NCBI GenBank assembly: GCA_023255625.1 | Contig: JAHFLF010000001.1 | Span: forward strand, 30,255-94,254 | Source of the DNA: Candidatus Harrisonbacteria bacterium | GTDB taxonomy: Bacteria; Patescibacteriota; Minisyncoccia; UBA6257; 1-14-0-10-44-23 | Length of the DNA: 64,000 nucleotides | Direction: 5' to 3' | Part shown: positions 36,848 through 45,702 of the stretch, in pieces | Position numbering within the stretch: the first letter of the stretch is position 1 | Layout: the number at the start of each line of letters is the position of its first letter | Translations under genes and position numbers: made by a program | The notes under the pieces: model-generated | Database searches by the model: none | What the model was told of the DNA's origin: nothing | Seen by the model: the letters and a program-made list of their open reading frames with translations, nothing else

Positions 36848-38608
36848 CTATGAAACTTCTTGCTGATAACACTGCTCGCAATACACAATTTCGGGCCGGT
36901 CAGGGGCAAAAGGAGTCTCAAATACTGAAGGACAGGGCTTCTCGCCATGAAAATGCATTACGGCGTTTTGATACCCTACCTTCTGAGACTGCCGATTGCA
37001 ATCGCACACACAAGACCAGAGCTGGTGAGGATTCTTCGTAGCAATTCGTGCCTTATGGCGACAATAAAAACATTGTCGAGGAAGCGGAATTTTTAAGCGA
37101 CGATAGAATTTTAGCTCCGCCGGGACAACACGATAGTTTCTTTTACAATCAATGCAGGCAAAAATTTCCTTTGTGATTTCATCTTGTACATCCGCGATAC
37201 CGTCGGGAATCTCCTCGAGTGGCATCGTCTCTTTACCAACCGTCATCTGCAGCTGATCCTGCCACCGCAAACCCTTTGCATCAACCTCATTTCCTGAAAG
37301 TGGAAAATAATCCTGAGCAACACTTTCATTATACGCAAAATACGAAAGTTCTGATGGCAGAAATTCGCCGAAAGCATACGCGATCCCATTTTTATCCAGA
37401 TATGGATTCGCCTGCATATCTTCCTTTATTTTTGTAACTAACGATTCGTATTCCTCTTTAGAATACTGCTTATTCAAAATACAATACTGGGCCTTTTTGA
37501 GCCCAACGCAGCCAAATAAGTCTTTCGAGGAATGACATGCGTCCACGTAAGCAACATTTTCATTGCGCCACGAAAAAATCGCGAACATACTGCGATAGGA
37601 AAGGTCGGGCGTTACGCCTTCGTAGCACTGGTCAAGTTTTCCTCCAACGCTTAGATCATAGGAACCCCGGGGCGTATCTGCATTTTCTACCCATTTGCAA
37701 TCCTCTCCGCGTTGAACGTTAAAACACTGCTTTGAATTTTTACAATTCATTAAGCTATCGCCGGTACAATTCACGCAGTTTCTCTGCGTAGCAAATCTTC
37801 GAGGCGTGCTCAAAAAAATATCTTTAAATTCCTTTTTTGCTTTTTCTACACCGGTGTAGGTATCAAGTCGATAGTCTCGAAGGATCTTTTCGTACTCTTC
37901 TTTTGTATATTGTTTATTTTTAAAGCAATACCGTTTGTGACGTAGACCAACAGACATAAAACAATCAGCGCAGTCTCGACAGTCATAGCAAAAAGAACAA
38001 TCCGATAAGGAAACAGAATAATACACGTACCGACACTGAAAGCACTTTTCGGTGGCAACTGTTTCATATGTAAACTGACAATCCCCCATGCTATTTACTG
38101 CATCAACAATATCTTTGCCATTGATAAGATACGAGCTATAGAGGCACTCTTCGAGTTCCCAGGCGATAAAAACCATATAGCAGTTTTTACTGGAGGCAAA
38201 ATCCTGAGTATATTCACAGTTTACGCTTGTGATGCCGTCATCGTTGGCGGTAGTCCACATCGGCACGCGACGCTGGAGTTCCGCAAACTGCTCTAAGAAT
38301 GTTCGAGTAGGATCATACGTCTGCTCGTAGCTTTTTGGATCCCACTTGTCACTCCACCAACATTTAGGACAATACACAGTATTGATAGGTCCGTTTGGCG
38401 CGTACAGCGAAATAACCGACTTGTGGCACAGAGCACATGTTCGAGAATATAACATCGTATCGTTGCGCCACGAAAGACGGCGCTGCTTGCGACACTCCGG
38501 GCAAAACGTCGGCGGAGGTACCTCTAACTTTTTGTAGAATGCCAAATCTTCGTCTTCGACAATAAACTCTTTTTTGCAATTCTGACATGCGCGGATTTCC
38601 GAATTCAT
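36848..38608 (-). CDS. Cys-rich multi-zinc-ribbon family protein (586 aa)
   Basis: ORF track. The start abuts the stop of the RhuM-Fic/Doc gene. Confidence 0.85.
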   Translation of the reverse strand: MNSEIRACQNCKKEFIVEDEDLAFYKKLEVPPPTFCPECRKQRRLSWRNDTMLYSRTCALCHKSVISLYAPNGPINTVYCPKCWWSDKWDPKSYEQTYDPTRTFLEQFAELQRRVPMWTTANDDGITSVNCEYTQDFASSKNCYMVFIAWELEECLYSSYLINGKDIVDAVNSMGDCQFTYETVATEKCFQCRYVYYSVSLSDCSFCYDCRDCADCFMSVGLRHKRYCFKNKQYTKEEYEKILRDYRLDTYTGVEKAKKEFKDIFLSTPRRFATQRNCVNCTGDSLMNCKNSKQCFNVQRGEDCKWVENADTPRGSYDLSVGGKLDQCYEGVTPDLSYRSMFAIFSWRNENVAYVDACHSSKDLFGCVGLKKAQYCILNKQYSKEEYESLVTKIKEDMQANPYLDKNGIAYAFGEFLPSELSYFAYNESVAQDYFPLSGNEVDAKGLRWQDQLQMTVGKETMPLEEIPDGIADVQDEITKEIFACIDCKRNYRVVPAELKFYRRLKIPLPRQCFYCRHKARIATKNPHQLWSCVCDCNRQSQKVGYQNAVMHFHGEKPCPSVFETPFAPDRPEIVYCEQCYQQEVS

Positions 38609-38609
38609 G

Positions 38610-39611
38610 CTAGTTGGCGAGCAGATTAAGAATGAGTCTAATCATCACCTCTTTTTCTTTCGGATTACTCTCGGCGATAAGTAAAGCAAGCGCGACGAGC
38701 GCGTTGTCATTGATTTTCTTTTCGCCGCTCTTTTTAAGCAATTTATTATTGCGGCTCAAAAACAAGATAAACAAAAATGAGCCGATGCGTTTATTGCCAT
38801 CAGAGAAGGAATGATCTTTGATCACAAAGTAGAGTAAATGCGCAGCTTTTTCTTCAATACTTGGATACAGATGAATACCGCCGAAAGACTGGTAAAGTCC
38901 GGCGATAATACCCTGAAATGATTTATCGCGCTCACTGCCAAACAGGTCGCTCGCCTCGCCTTTGTTCATCAGAGCAATTTTTAGCTCGTCAATCGCACTA
39001 CGGGCATCTTCATAAAGTAGTAAACGACCGCCAGCTTTCTTAAGTATCGGGGTTTCAAGTCGCTGCTCATCGTATTTCTGCAACAACAACCATGCGTTAG
39101 CGTAACCGCTAATCACTTCAAGCAAACCGCTTGTCTCATCACTTGAAAGCATTTTCTGTTTTGCCCGTTCCAGCAAATCCAGCGTCTTTCTAAATTCAAT
39201 AAGCTGTTTGCCTTGCAGCTGTTTGAGACGTTGCTCATTTACCGTCACACCTTTCAAGATATGATCCTTGAGAACATTCGTTGCCCATCGACGAAACTCA
39301 ATGCCGCGTCGGGTATTTGTTCGGTAACCAACTGCGAGGATGATATCAAGATTATAAAAACTGACTGGTTTATCAGAATTTGGAATGTGCATTTTTTGCA
39401 CATTGCTTTTTGTATCAACCTCACCATCCTTGAGAATGTTGCGAATATGTTTGGTTACCACTGTCCGGTCAATACCGAATAAATCAGTAATTTGACCCTG
39501 GGTCAGCCACACCGTCTCGCCACTAAAACGCACTTCAACCGAAGCGTTACGCTTTTTATCTTGATAGATAATTATCTCACCTCTATCCTGCTGCTTTTTC
39601 GTCTTTGCCAT
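38610..39611 (-). CDS. RhuM-family virulence protein with C-terminal Fic/Doc domain
   Basis: N-terminal EIIIYQDKKRNASVEVRFSGETVWLTQGQITDLFG is RhuM-like. The C-terminal HSFSDGNKRIGSF is the Doc/Fic HxFx(D/E)GNKR motif. Confidence 0.7.
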   Translation of the reverse strand: MAKTKKQQDRGEIIIYQDKKRNASVEVRFSGETVWLTQGQITDLFGIDRTVVTKHIRNILKDGEVDTKSNVQKMHIPNSDKPVSFYNLDIILAVGYRTNTRRGIEFRRWATNVLKDHILKGVTVNEQRLKQLQGKQLIEFRKTLDLLERAKQKMLSSDETSGLLEVISGYANAWLLLQKYDEQRLETPILKKAGGRLLLYEDARSAIDELKIALMNKGEASDLFGSERDKSFQGIIAGLYQSFGGIHLYPSIEEKAAHLLYFVIKDHSFSDGNKRIGSFLFILFLSRNNKLLKKSGEKKINDNALVALALLIAESNPKEKEVMIRLILNLLAN

Positions 39612-39650
39612 GTATCTATACTACAACCTACCACCTACTCCCTACAACCT

Positions 39651-41177
39651 CTATATAAGCGGCTCCGGATTATCTATCGCGGGCTGGACGAGCTTGCTGC
39701 CGTCCGGATTTTTACCGCCGGTGATGATGGCCTTTTCTTGTGCAGAACGAATAATTGTTGACTCCTCTTCCTGAATCAATTTTTTAGCATCGCCGACGGG
39801 GATGGTGTACTTGCGGCGGCTCGCCTCAATAATCCGGTCTTTGTAACTCGGATGATTAGGCGGCATTATTTTGAGCGTGGCCGCTGAAAATGCATCGTAG
39901 GTCTCCCCGTCAATCGTCATCTTAATGTAAAATTCTCGCTTACCAAGGTTAATCATGTCTTTAACCTTAAACATCGGAGCAAACTCATCCTCCAAAATAA
40001 CGGCGTCGGCACCACCCACGCGGAAACTGACAATCGTACCGGTGTTACCAAGCACGGCAGCAAGAATCTTAGGCAGCAGCTGGCCCATGTACTGGTGCGC
40101 GATAATCAGGTTGATGCCGTATTTACGCGCCTCGGATAAAATGTTTTCAAAGGTCTCGGTAACAATGTTTTGAAACTCGTCAATGTAGAGATAAAAATCA
40201 AGGCGGTCTTTTTCGGGCATACGCGCGCGGGCCATACCCGCCTGCTTAATCTTGGTGAGAAACATTGCGCCAAAGAATGAAGAATTTTCTTCGCCCAGCC
40301 GACCCTTAGATAAATTGATGAGCACAATCTTCTGCTCGTTCATTAACTTTTCCAAATCAATCTTGTTGGTCTTCTGGCCAAAAATGTTGCGTAGGAGCGG
40401 GTCAGACAAAAACTGGCCGAGCTTATTAACCAGCGGGATAATCGCGTCGGTATCAAACTTTTCGCTCCAATCCGCAAATTCAATAGCCCAGAAGCGTTTG
40501 ACCATGTCGTCCTCAATGTACTCAATCACTTTTTGGCGGTAGTTACGGTCGGTCAGCATTGAGATCATACCGCGCATGGTGGCGTGCGGATAATCTAAAA
40601 GTGCCAGCGTGGTAAATCGGAATACGTGCTCAAGTCGCGGCGTCCAGTTTGCGCCAAACTGCTTTTCTAAGACCTCAATAAGTCCTTGGGTCAGCTGGTG
40701 CTTAAAGTCCATGTCAATGTTGGCGAGCGGGTTAAACGACGACGGGAATTGTGCGTCGCCCGGGTCAATAAGACACACATCCTCAATACGCCGTTCAGGA
40801 ATGGCATGCAAAATTTCTTCAACCACATCGCCGTGCGGATCCATCAGACAAAATCCCTTATTAAATTCAATATCCTGCCGGATGAGCAGCTCCAATAATT
40901 TTGTTTTACCGACGCCGCTTTTACCAATGACATACATGTGCCGCTGGCGGTCGGCGCGCTTAATACCAAACACAAATTTTTTCTCTTCAAGCGCGGCAAC
41001 ATAGTTGGTGCGGCCAAAAAAATTAATATCTTTGGGGTCAACTTTGCCGAGCATCGGTAGGTCTGGCGGAGGCGGCGCGTACTTAACAATCTGCACACGC
41101 GAAGAAACCGGCGGAAGAGGTTGCGCCGGAGCAGCAGATTGAGTTGGTTGTGGTTTTATGTTGTCAGCCATAAACAA
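39651..41177 (-). CDS. FtsK/HerA/TraD-VirD4-like P-loop ATPase, paralog of the 27778..29622 gene (508 aa)
   Basis: RQRHMYVIGKSGVGKTKLL, MDPHGD, FYLYIDEFQNI, LIIAHQYMGQL. The motif order and spacing match the other ATPase. Confidence 0.65.
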   Translation of the reverse strand: MFMADNIKPQPTQSAAPAQPLPPVSSRVQIVKYAPPPPDLPMLGKVDPKDINFFGRTNYVAALEEKKFVFGIKRADRQRHMYVIGKSGVGKTKLLELLIRQDIEFNKGFCLMDPHGDVVEEILHAIPERRIEDVCLIDPGDAQFPSSFNPLANIDMDFKHQLTQGLIEVLEKQFGANWTPRLEHVFRFTTLALLDYPHATMRGMISMLTDRNYRQKVIEYIEDDMVKRFWAIEFADWSEKFDTDAIIPLVNKLGQFLSDPLLRNIFGQKTNKIDLEKLMNEQKIVLINLSKGRLGEENSSFFGAMFLTKIKQAGMARARMPEKDRLDFYLYIDEFQNIVTETFENILSEARKYGINLIIAHQYMGQLLPKILAAVLGNTGTIVSFRVGGADAVILEDEFAPMFKVKDMINLGKREFYIKMTIDGETYDAFSAATLKIMPPNHPSYKDRIIEASRRKYTIPVGDAKKLIQEEESTIIRSAQEKAIITGGKNPDGSKLVQPAIDNPEPLI

Positions 41178-41280
41178 TAATCACTAACATGCTAATACGG
41201 ACAAATATGCGAATAGGAACTGCTTGTTTTCATTAGTATATTAGTATTGATTCGCGTGTTCGTGAATACTGCTAGAATTC
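41178..41280 (-). promoter_or_regulatory. Conserved ~100-nt leader/promoter region upstream of ATPase 39651..41177
   Basis: Homologous to 42061..42132 (shared tagcagtattcacgaacaYgcgaat ... catatttgt ... gttagYgattaYtgt before the ATG). Confidence 0.45.
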
Positions 41281-42060
41281 TTTGAGCTCCTTTAGAAAAT
41301 CTCGAAAGGCAAACAAGGCGCGTTCGGCCTGGTGCGTGGTGAGCGCGAACCCGGGCGTGTGCGCCAACTCGTTACGCAGCCGGTGCGCATCAAAAACTTT
41401 GTCGATCAATTTGCTGCCAGCCCAGCGCGCATTTTGCAGCCGCTCGGCCATACCCTCGCCGGCCACACCGCGCTGTTTAAGCACCATATCTACCAGCGCG
41501 TCGGCCTCCATCACCGCCCAGCGCAGATTTTCAACCGTGCCTGTGTTCGCCCGATGCACAATATTGGCCCAGTGCTTGAGAGTCGCTGGATTTCCCTGTG
41601 GTTGCGGCGTGTGCACAGTTGGAGCGGCGTGTGCGTGCGCCGGAGACGCCCCGTGGACAGCGCCATGATCAGCATGCGAATGTGGTTTAAGTCGAAAAAG
41701 TTTCATGTTTTGCTTATAGGGCTGCACCTTGATTGCCGCAAACACAAACATAAAAACCAAAAATATATCCAAGATGACAAAAATCGGCGTGATGTTATTA
41801 GTCCAAATTGTTACAAAAACAGACCATCCCTGGCTAAAAAACACAGTACCACCGAAGGTATCGAAAAGATGCTGCCGACTACCCTCGATGAAGAAAGAAA
41901 GCAAAAGATAAGCGAAGAATAAAATCCCGACTCCGGTTAAAACCCACTGCTCCTGCTGCAGCAGTCCTTCATGAAAGTGATGTCCTTTGTGTACTCCCAT
42001 AACAGTAATCGCTAATATTTTAATTTGAGCTAATCTACGAAGTACAGTAATCGCTAACAC
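41272..42060 (-). CDS. hypothetical membrane protein with His-rich linker and C-terminal helical domain
   Basis: ORF track with 2-3 predicted TM segments. Its upstream leader is homologous to the leader of ATPase 39651..41177. Confidence 0.5.
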   Translation of the reverse strand: MLAITVLRRLAQIKILAITVMGVHKGHHFHEGLLQQEQWVLTGVGILFFAYLLLSFFIEGSRQHLFDTFGGTVFFSQGWSVFVTIWTNNITPIFVILDIFLVFMFVFAAIKVQPYKQNMKLFRLKPHSHADHGAVHGASPAHAHAAPTVHTPQPQGNPATLKHWANIVHRANTGTVENLRWAVMEADALVDMVLKQRGVAGEGMAERLQNARWAGSKLIDKVFDAHRLRNELAHTPGFALTTHQAERALFAFRDFLKELKEF

Positions 42061-42132
42061 TCGAATGCAAACAAATATGCCAATGAATGTCTATTCGAAT
42101 ATTAGTCTTTATTCGCATGTTCGTGAATACTG
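42061..42132 (-). promoter_or_regulatory. Second copy of the conserved leader, upstream of membrane protein 41272..42060
   Basis: See 41178..41280. Confidence 0.45.
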
Positions 42133-43578
42133 CTACTTAAACTTATCCAGCACAGACTCATCGGCATAAATCGGCAGACCGGCCGGAGCACCCATCTTGC
42201 GGGATTCAACCCGTTGCGTGAGCGGCCCGGTAACAACGAGCGTGGTCGGTGGATGAAAAAGTGTCGCCAAAATTTCACTGGTCAAAATCGTGTTGGCCGA
42301 ATTCCACCAGTTAAATGTGTGCGAGGCGATAAATTGACCGGAAAATTCATGAATGCCCGGTTCACGCTCGCGCCACAAGTGTAGCATTCGATTCTTGCGA
42401 GCACGACGGCGAGTTCGCTTAAACACATAAGGCGGATCAAACCAGCCGGGCTTGGTGTTCATGCCGTCGTTAAAGACCATCGCATTTAAGTCGGCTGCAT
42501 TGTATTGGTTAAATGCACCCTTGATAGCCCGGCGAGGCACGCGGTCCGAGAAAAGATTTTTGGGTGAGATATAGAGCAGCTTAATGTTAGTGTCAAAAGC
42601 CGGTTTACTCAAATTCCGCTCAACCGCTTTCAATATATCTGTCTGTCCGGGTGATTTTTGCAGAAGCGATGTCTTTAAGGCCAGCGCTAGATCATCGCCG
42701 CTCGCGCCGTGCGCCGCCGAGCCCTTGGCAATTTTTGGCGTGCGCAGGTCATCAACAATATGCTGATACTGCTCGCCCCAACTTAAAAAAAGCGGAGAGA
42801 TAACATACTGCACGCCGATAAATTCCTCCGGTCGGATACTGGCCATTGCCTCCATAAATGCAGCCATCGGATCAACCTGATACTCCTCGGTGCTGCTCTC
42901 AAACTGCATATAAGTTTTAATCGGGAAGGCCGGATCTTTACTCAAGACAAAACCATTGGCATACAAATCCTTGCCCTGCAATTCCAGATCGAGGATGCTG
43001 TGTGGAACCCACTTTTCGGTATAATCCTCAACCACCGGCACGATCTCAACCTCCGGATAAGCGGCAAAAAGAGCCGCCTTGACAATCGGCACATACGGTT
43101 CATAAATTTGGGCGTAAAAATGAATCTCGCCGCCCAAACTAACAATCTCAAATGTAAACCAAATCGTCATTTCTCCGAGCAGATATTTTTCACCGAGATG
43201 CCCACGCCAGTTACCCATGCCGGCAATCGCATGAAAAAATTGATCCATACTGCGCGGGCTTCTGGTAATTTCCCGCGGCATCTTCAGTTCAAGCAGCTTA
43301 TATTTTAGCGAAGTCTCGAATGTCCGGTTCCGCCAATATATCCAAAGCGACCGCGTAATCGGCCAAGCAATCGCAAAAAAAATTATCGGCCAGTTTATCT
43401 TAAAAAATGGCGTGATCGCCGCGAAAACAGTTTGGACACCTTGAGCGATGGACATGGGGGAATTAGAAGGATTAGAAGTACTAGGGCAACTAGAAAGATT
43501 AGCGGGGCTAGTTAGTATTATACAACAATATTGGAGACAAAAAAATCTCCCCCTAACACATCTAGCATCCTCTAGCAT
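42133..43578 (-). CDS. hypothetical protein, N-terminally membrane-anchored. The true start is probably the Met at ~43455.
   Basis: The ORF-track start lies inside a 10-bp tandem repeat array. A TATAAT box and a hairpin lie just upstream of the internal Met (MSIAQGV...). Confidence 0.5.
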   Translation of the reverse strand: MLEDARCVRGRFFCLQYCCIILTSPANLSSCPSTSNPSNSPMSIAQGVQTVFAAITPFFKINWPIIFFAIAWPITRSLWIYWRNRTFETSLKYKLLELKMPREITRSPRSMDQFFHAIAGMGNWRGHLGEKYLLGEMTIWFTFEIVSLGGEIHFYAQIYEPYVPIVKAALFAAYPEVEIVPVVEDYTEKWVPHSILDLELQGKDLYANGFVLSKDPAFPIKTYMQFESSTEEYQVDPMAAFMEAMASIRPEEFIGVQYVISPLFLSWGEQYQHIVDDLRTPKIAKGSAAHGASGDDLALALKTSLLQKSPGQTDILKAVERNLSKPAFDTNIKLLYISPKNLFSDRVPRRAIKGAFNQYNAADLNAMVFNDGMNTKPGWFDPPYVFKRTRRRARKNRMLHLWREREPGIHEFSGQFIASHTFNWWNSANTILTSEILATLFHPPTTLVVTGPLTQRVESRKMGAPAGLPIYADESVLDKFK

Positions 43579-43645
43579 CCTCTAGTTGCCTCTAGCATCC
43601 TCTAGTTGCCTCTAGTTGCCTCTAGTTGCCTCTACTCCCGGCCTC
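43561..43645. repeat. Tandem array of 10-bp units (TCTAGCATCC / TCTAGTTGCC, about 8 units)
   Basis: Read from the sequence. It lies upstream of the probable true start and TATAAT box of gene 42133..43578. Confidence 0.7.
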
Positions 43646-43655
43646 TATCTCCCGG

Positions 43656-44708
43656 CTAAACCGCTGCGTATTCCCCGCTTGGCATCCGCTTAAAGTACTT
43701 CTTGTTCTGCAAATTAAAGAGAATCGTCGTCTCTTTAAATATCCGGTGTTTGAGAACTTTGGCAATCAAATCCTTTGGCTTGAGCGGGCCATCTTGTTTG
43801 AGAATGTGCAAAAGTATATCGCGAATCGTACCGGCTGGAAGTGCGTCGTGATCACGCAACGAGTAAATACCGCGGCCCACAAGCAGAAAGCGCTTGTCTT
43901 TAATGAGCTCGTTGTGAATCGTCTGCGTGTTGGTCTTTTTCTTCGGGCGCAGCGTGCGAATCTCGCCGGCAATATCGTCAAAGTGCAGCGGCTTAGTCGC
44001 CTTCTTTAAAATCAAATAAATCCAGTCACGGCTAACCTTTGGGCTGACCTCCGGCCACTCCGTCAAACCAAAATCACCGTACAGGTTGCTGCCGAACTTC
44101 TTGCTGATATTCAAATAGTGCCGGGCCACCTCGGTCTCCAGCTTGTGGAGCTGGCGCACCTCGTGGAAAAACTGCTCAAACTTTTTCTCGTTCAGAGTCT
44201 CATGTTTACGCGCGCGCAGATGCGCAACCAGCTCCTCCAAAAATTCAACGGCTTTTTGCTGATGGCTCTCGGAAAGATGCCAGTGGCTAGAAAGCTCCTC
44301 GTCATCTCGGTGATAAAGCACCTCACCGGAAATCTCTAAAAGAAAACGAACCTGATTGGCAAAATTAACCGGCAGATCCTTGCCGCCATCAGCAAACTGT
44401 TTAATATCAGAAAGCAGATGATCCTCGCGGCGCACGCCACCTGTTTTTGAAAGTTCGGCTTTTGCAGCAGCAACCAGGGCGGCCAAATCACTCTTACTGG
44501 CACGCTTACGAACTTCGGTAATCGCCGAGGCCTCAATCTGGCGAATGCGCTCGCGGGTAACATTAAAAGACTTGCCGAGTTCAGCAAGTGTCTGCTCCTC
44601 GCCGGTGTCCAGTCCATAGCGCTTGGTCAAAACCTTGCGCTGGCGCGCGTCCAGTCCGGAAAAAATTTGCTCAATAATTTGTGCGGTTGTTGGAGTTATC
44701 TGCGGCAT
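43656..44708 (-). CDS. sigma-70 region-4 HTH protein fused to a C-terminal HARE-HTH-like domain
   Basis: LDARQRKVLTKRYGLDTGEEQTLAELGKSFNVTRERIRQIEASAI is sigma70_r4. The C-terminal LHFDDIAGEI...GRGIYSL resembles the HARE-HTH of the RNAP delta subunit. Confidence 0.6.
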   Translation of the reverse strand: MPQITPTTAQIIEQIFSGLDARQRKVLTKRYGLDTGEEQTLAELGKSFNVTRERIRQIEASAITEVRKRASKSDLAALVAAAKAELSKTGGVRREDHLLSDIKQFADGGKDLPVNFANQVRFLLEISGEVLYHRDDEELSSHWHLSESHQQKAVEFLEELVAHLRARKHETLNEKKFEQFFHEVRQLHKLETEVARHYLNISKKFGSNLYGDFGLTEWPEVSPKVSRDWIYLILKKATKPLHFDDIAGEIRTLRPKKKTNTQTIHNELIKDKRFLLVGRGIYSLRDHDALPAGTIRDILLHILKQDGPLKPKDLIAKVLKHRIFKETTILFNLQNKKYFKRMPSGEYAAV

Positions 44709-44796
44709 GAGAAATTAAAATTTGATATTGTGTTATTGCTACTAAGTTATCATGATTATTGAATTCGGTCAACCGGGCAGTAGAAATGTGAATTTT

Positions 44797-44860
44797 ACCT
44801 TTCCGCGCGTTTCAGGTTTTCGGGCCGGGCTCACCCTTCGGGATGGCCCGAAAACCTGAA
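44797..44860. repeat. Long hairpin element (22-bp perfect stem gcgcgtttcaggttttcgggcc / ggcccgaaaacctgaaacgcgc) at the edge of high-GC island 1
   Basis: The loop gggctcacccttcgggat is the reverse complement of the 8050..8125 loop, with one mismatch. Confidence 0.65.
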
Positions 44861-45001
44861 ACGCGCGCAACCTTCTTCATGACTTACTATATAAAATATC
44901 AACCCCCGCGCTCGAGTGCGTCGATACGCGGGGGGACCGCGATTGTGTGTCTGTGGGTTGAGGTCCCGCACGAGGACACCTCCTTCCGCCGGGTTGACCG
45001 G

Positions 45002-45697
45002 CTACTTGGGCTGCTCGTCATCGGTCGCCGGGACAGACACTGCCAGCGTGCCGAGCTCGATGTGGTTGTGGACCTTGAGGAGTTCTTCGAATGTCATCTC
45101 CTCTTCGGGCCCGCCTTCTTCAGGTGTCATTCCGAAGATGATGGTCCACGGCCGCATGATCGGCAGGTGCCGGAGAATCGTCCGACATCCGTGGCAAGGC
45201 GGGAGCGTCTTCGACTCCACCTGGCTCACATCATCGATTTGCGGTTCTGCCGCAATGCCGAGAGCGACCGCGAGGTCGTACCTGGCACGGATAGCACTGC
45301 CGACTGCCATCGGCTCACCGCAAGCCTTCGGGGCGGTGGGTCCGGGCAACGGCTTGACGTTGAACCCGGTCCAGTACTTGTACGCCTTCTCCTTCTCGGG
45401 GTGGCCCTCTGGAAGGCTCCATCTCCAGCCGCTGAAGGCGTACACGACAATCCCGACTTGGTACTTCCGATGCGAGATGCCGTCCTCTCTCGCCTCACGT
45501 CCTCGCCGCTTGAATTCGGACTTGACCGCGCGCCAACGCGCGATGTGTTCTTCCCTTCTCGGAAAGACAAGGCCCGAACCGGCGTCAGCAACTGCAGCTT
45601 CGCTCATCTCGTCCTCCCCTAAGTCCTTGCCGCCAAAGTCTGGCACGCGAACACCGCGCACCGCCCGAAGTGTACAAAATCGCACTTCTTGGGTCAA
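45002..45697 (-). CDS. hypothetical protein in a high-GC island (possible zinc-dependent deaminase-like HxE...PCxxC)
   Basis: GC3-rich codons in this frame only. Contains EGHPEKE ... PPCHGCRTIL. Driven by a perfect TTGACA-N18-TATAAT promoter. Confidence 0.45.
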   Translation of the reverse strand: MTQEVRFCTLRAVRGVRVPDFGGKDLGEDEMSEAAVADAGSGLVFPRREEHIARWRAVKSEFKRRGREAREDGISHRKYQVGIVVYAFSGWRWSLPEGHPEKEKAYKYWTGFNVKPLPGPTAPKACGEPMAVGSAIRARYDLAVALGIAAEPQIDDVSQVESKTLPPCHGCRTILRHLPIMRPWTIIFGMTPEEGGPEEEMTFEELLKVHNHIELGTLAVSVPATDDEQPK

Positions 45698-45702
45698 TGT
45701 AT

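Noticed and set aside
43561-43645. Possible CRISPR array
   Set aside because: The units are 10 bp, contiguous and without spacers. No cas genes are present. It is a simple tandem repeat.
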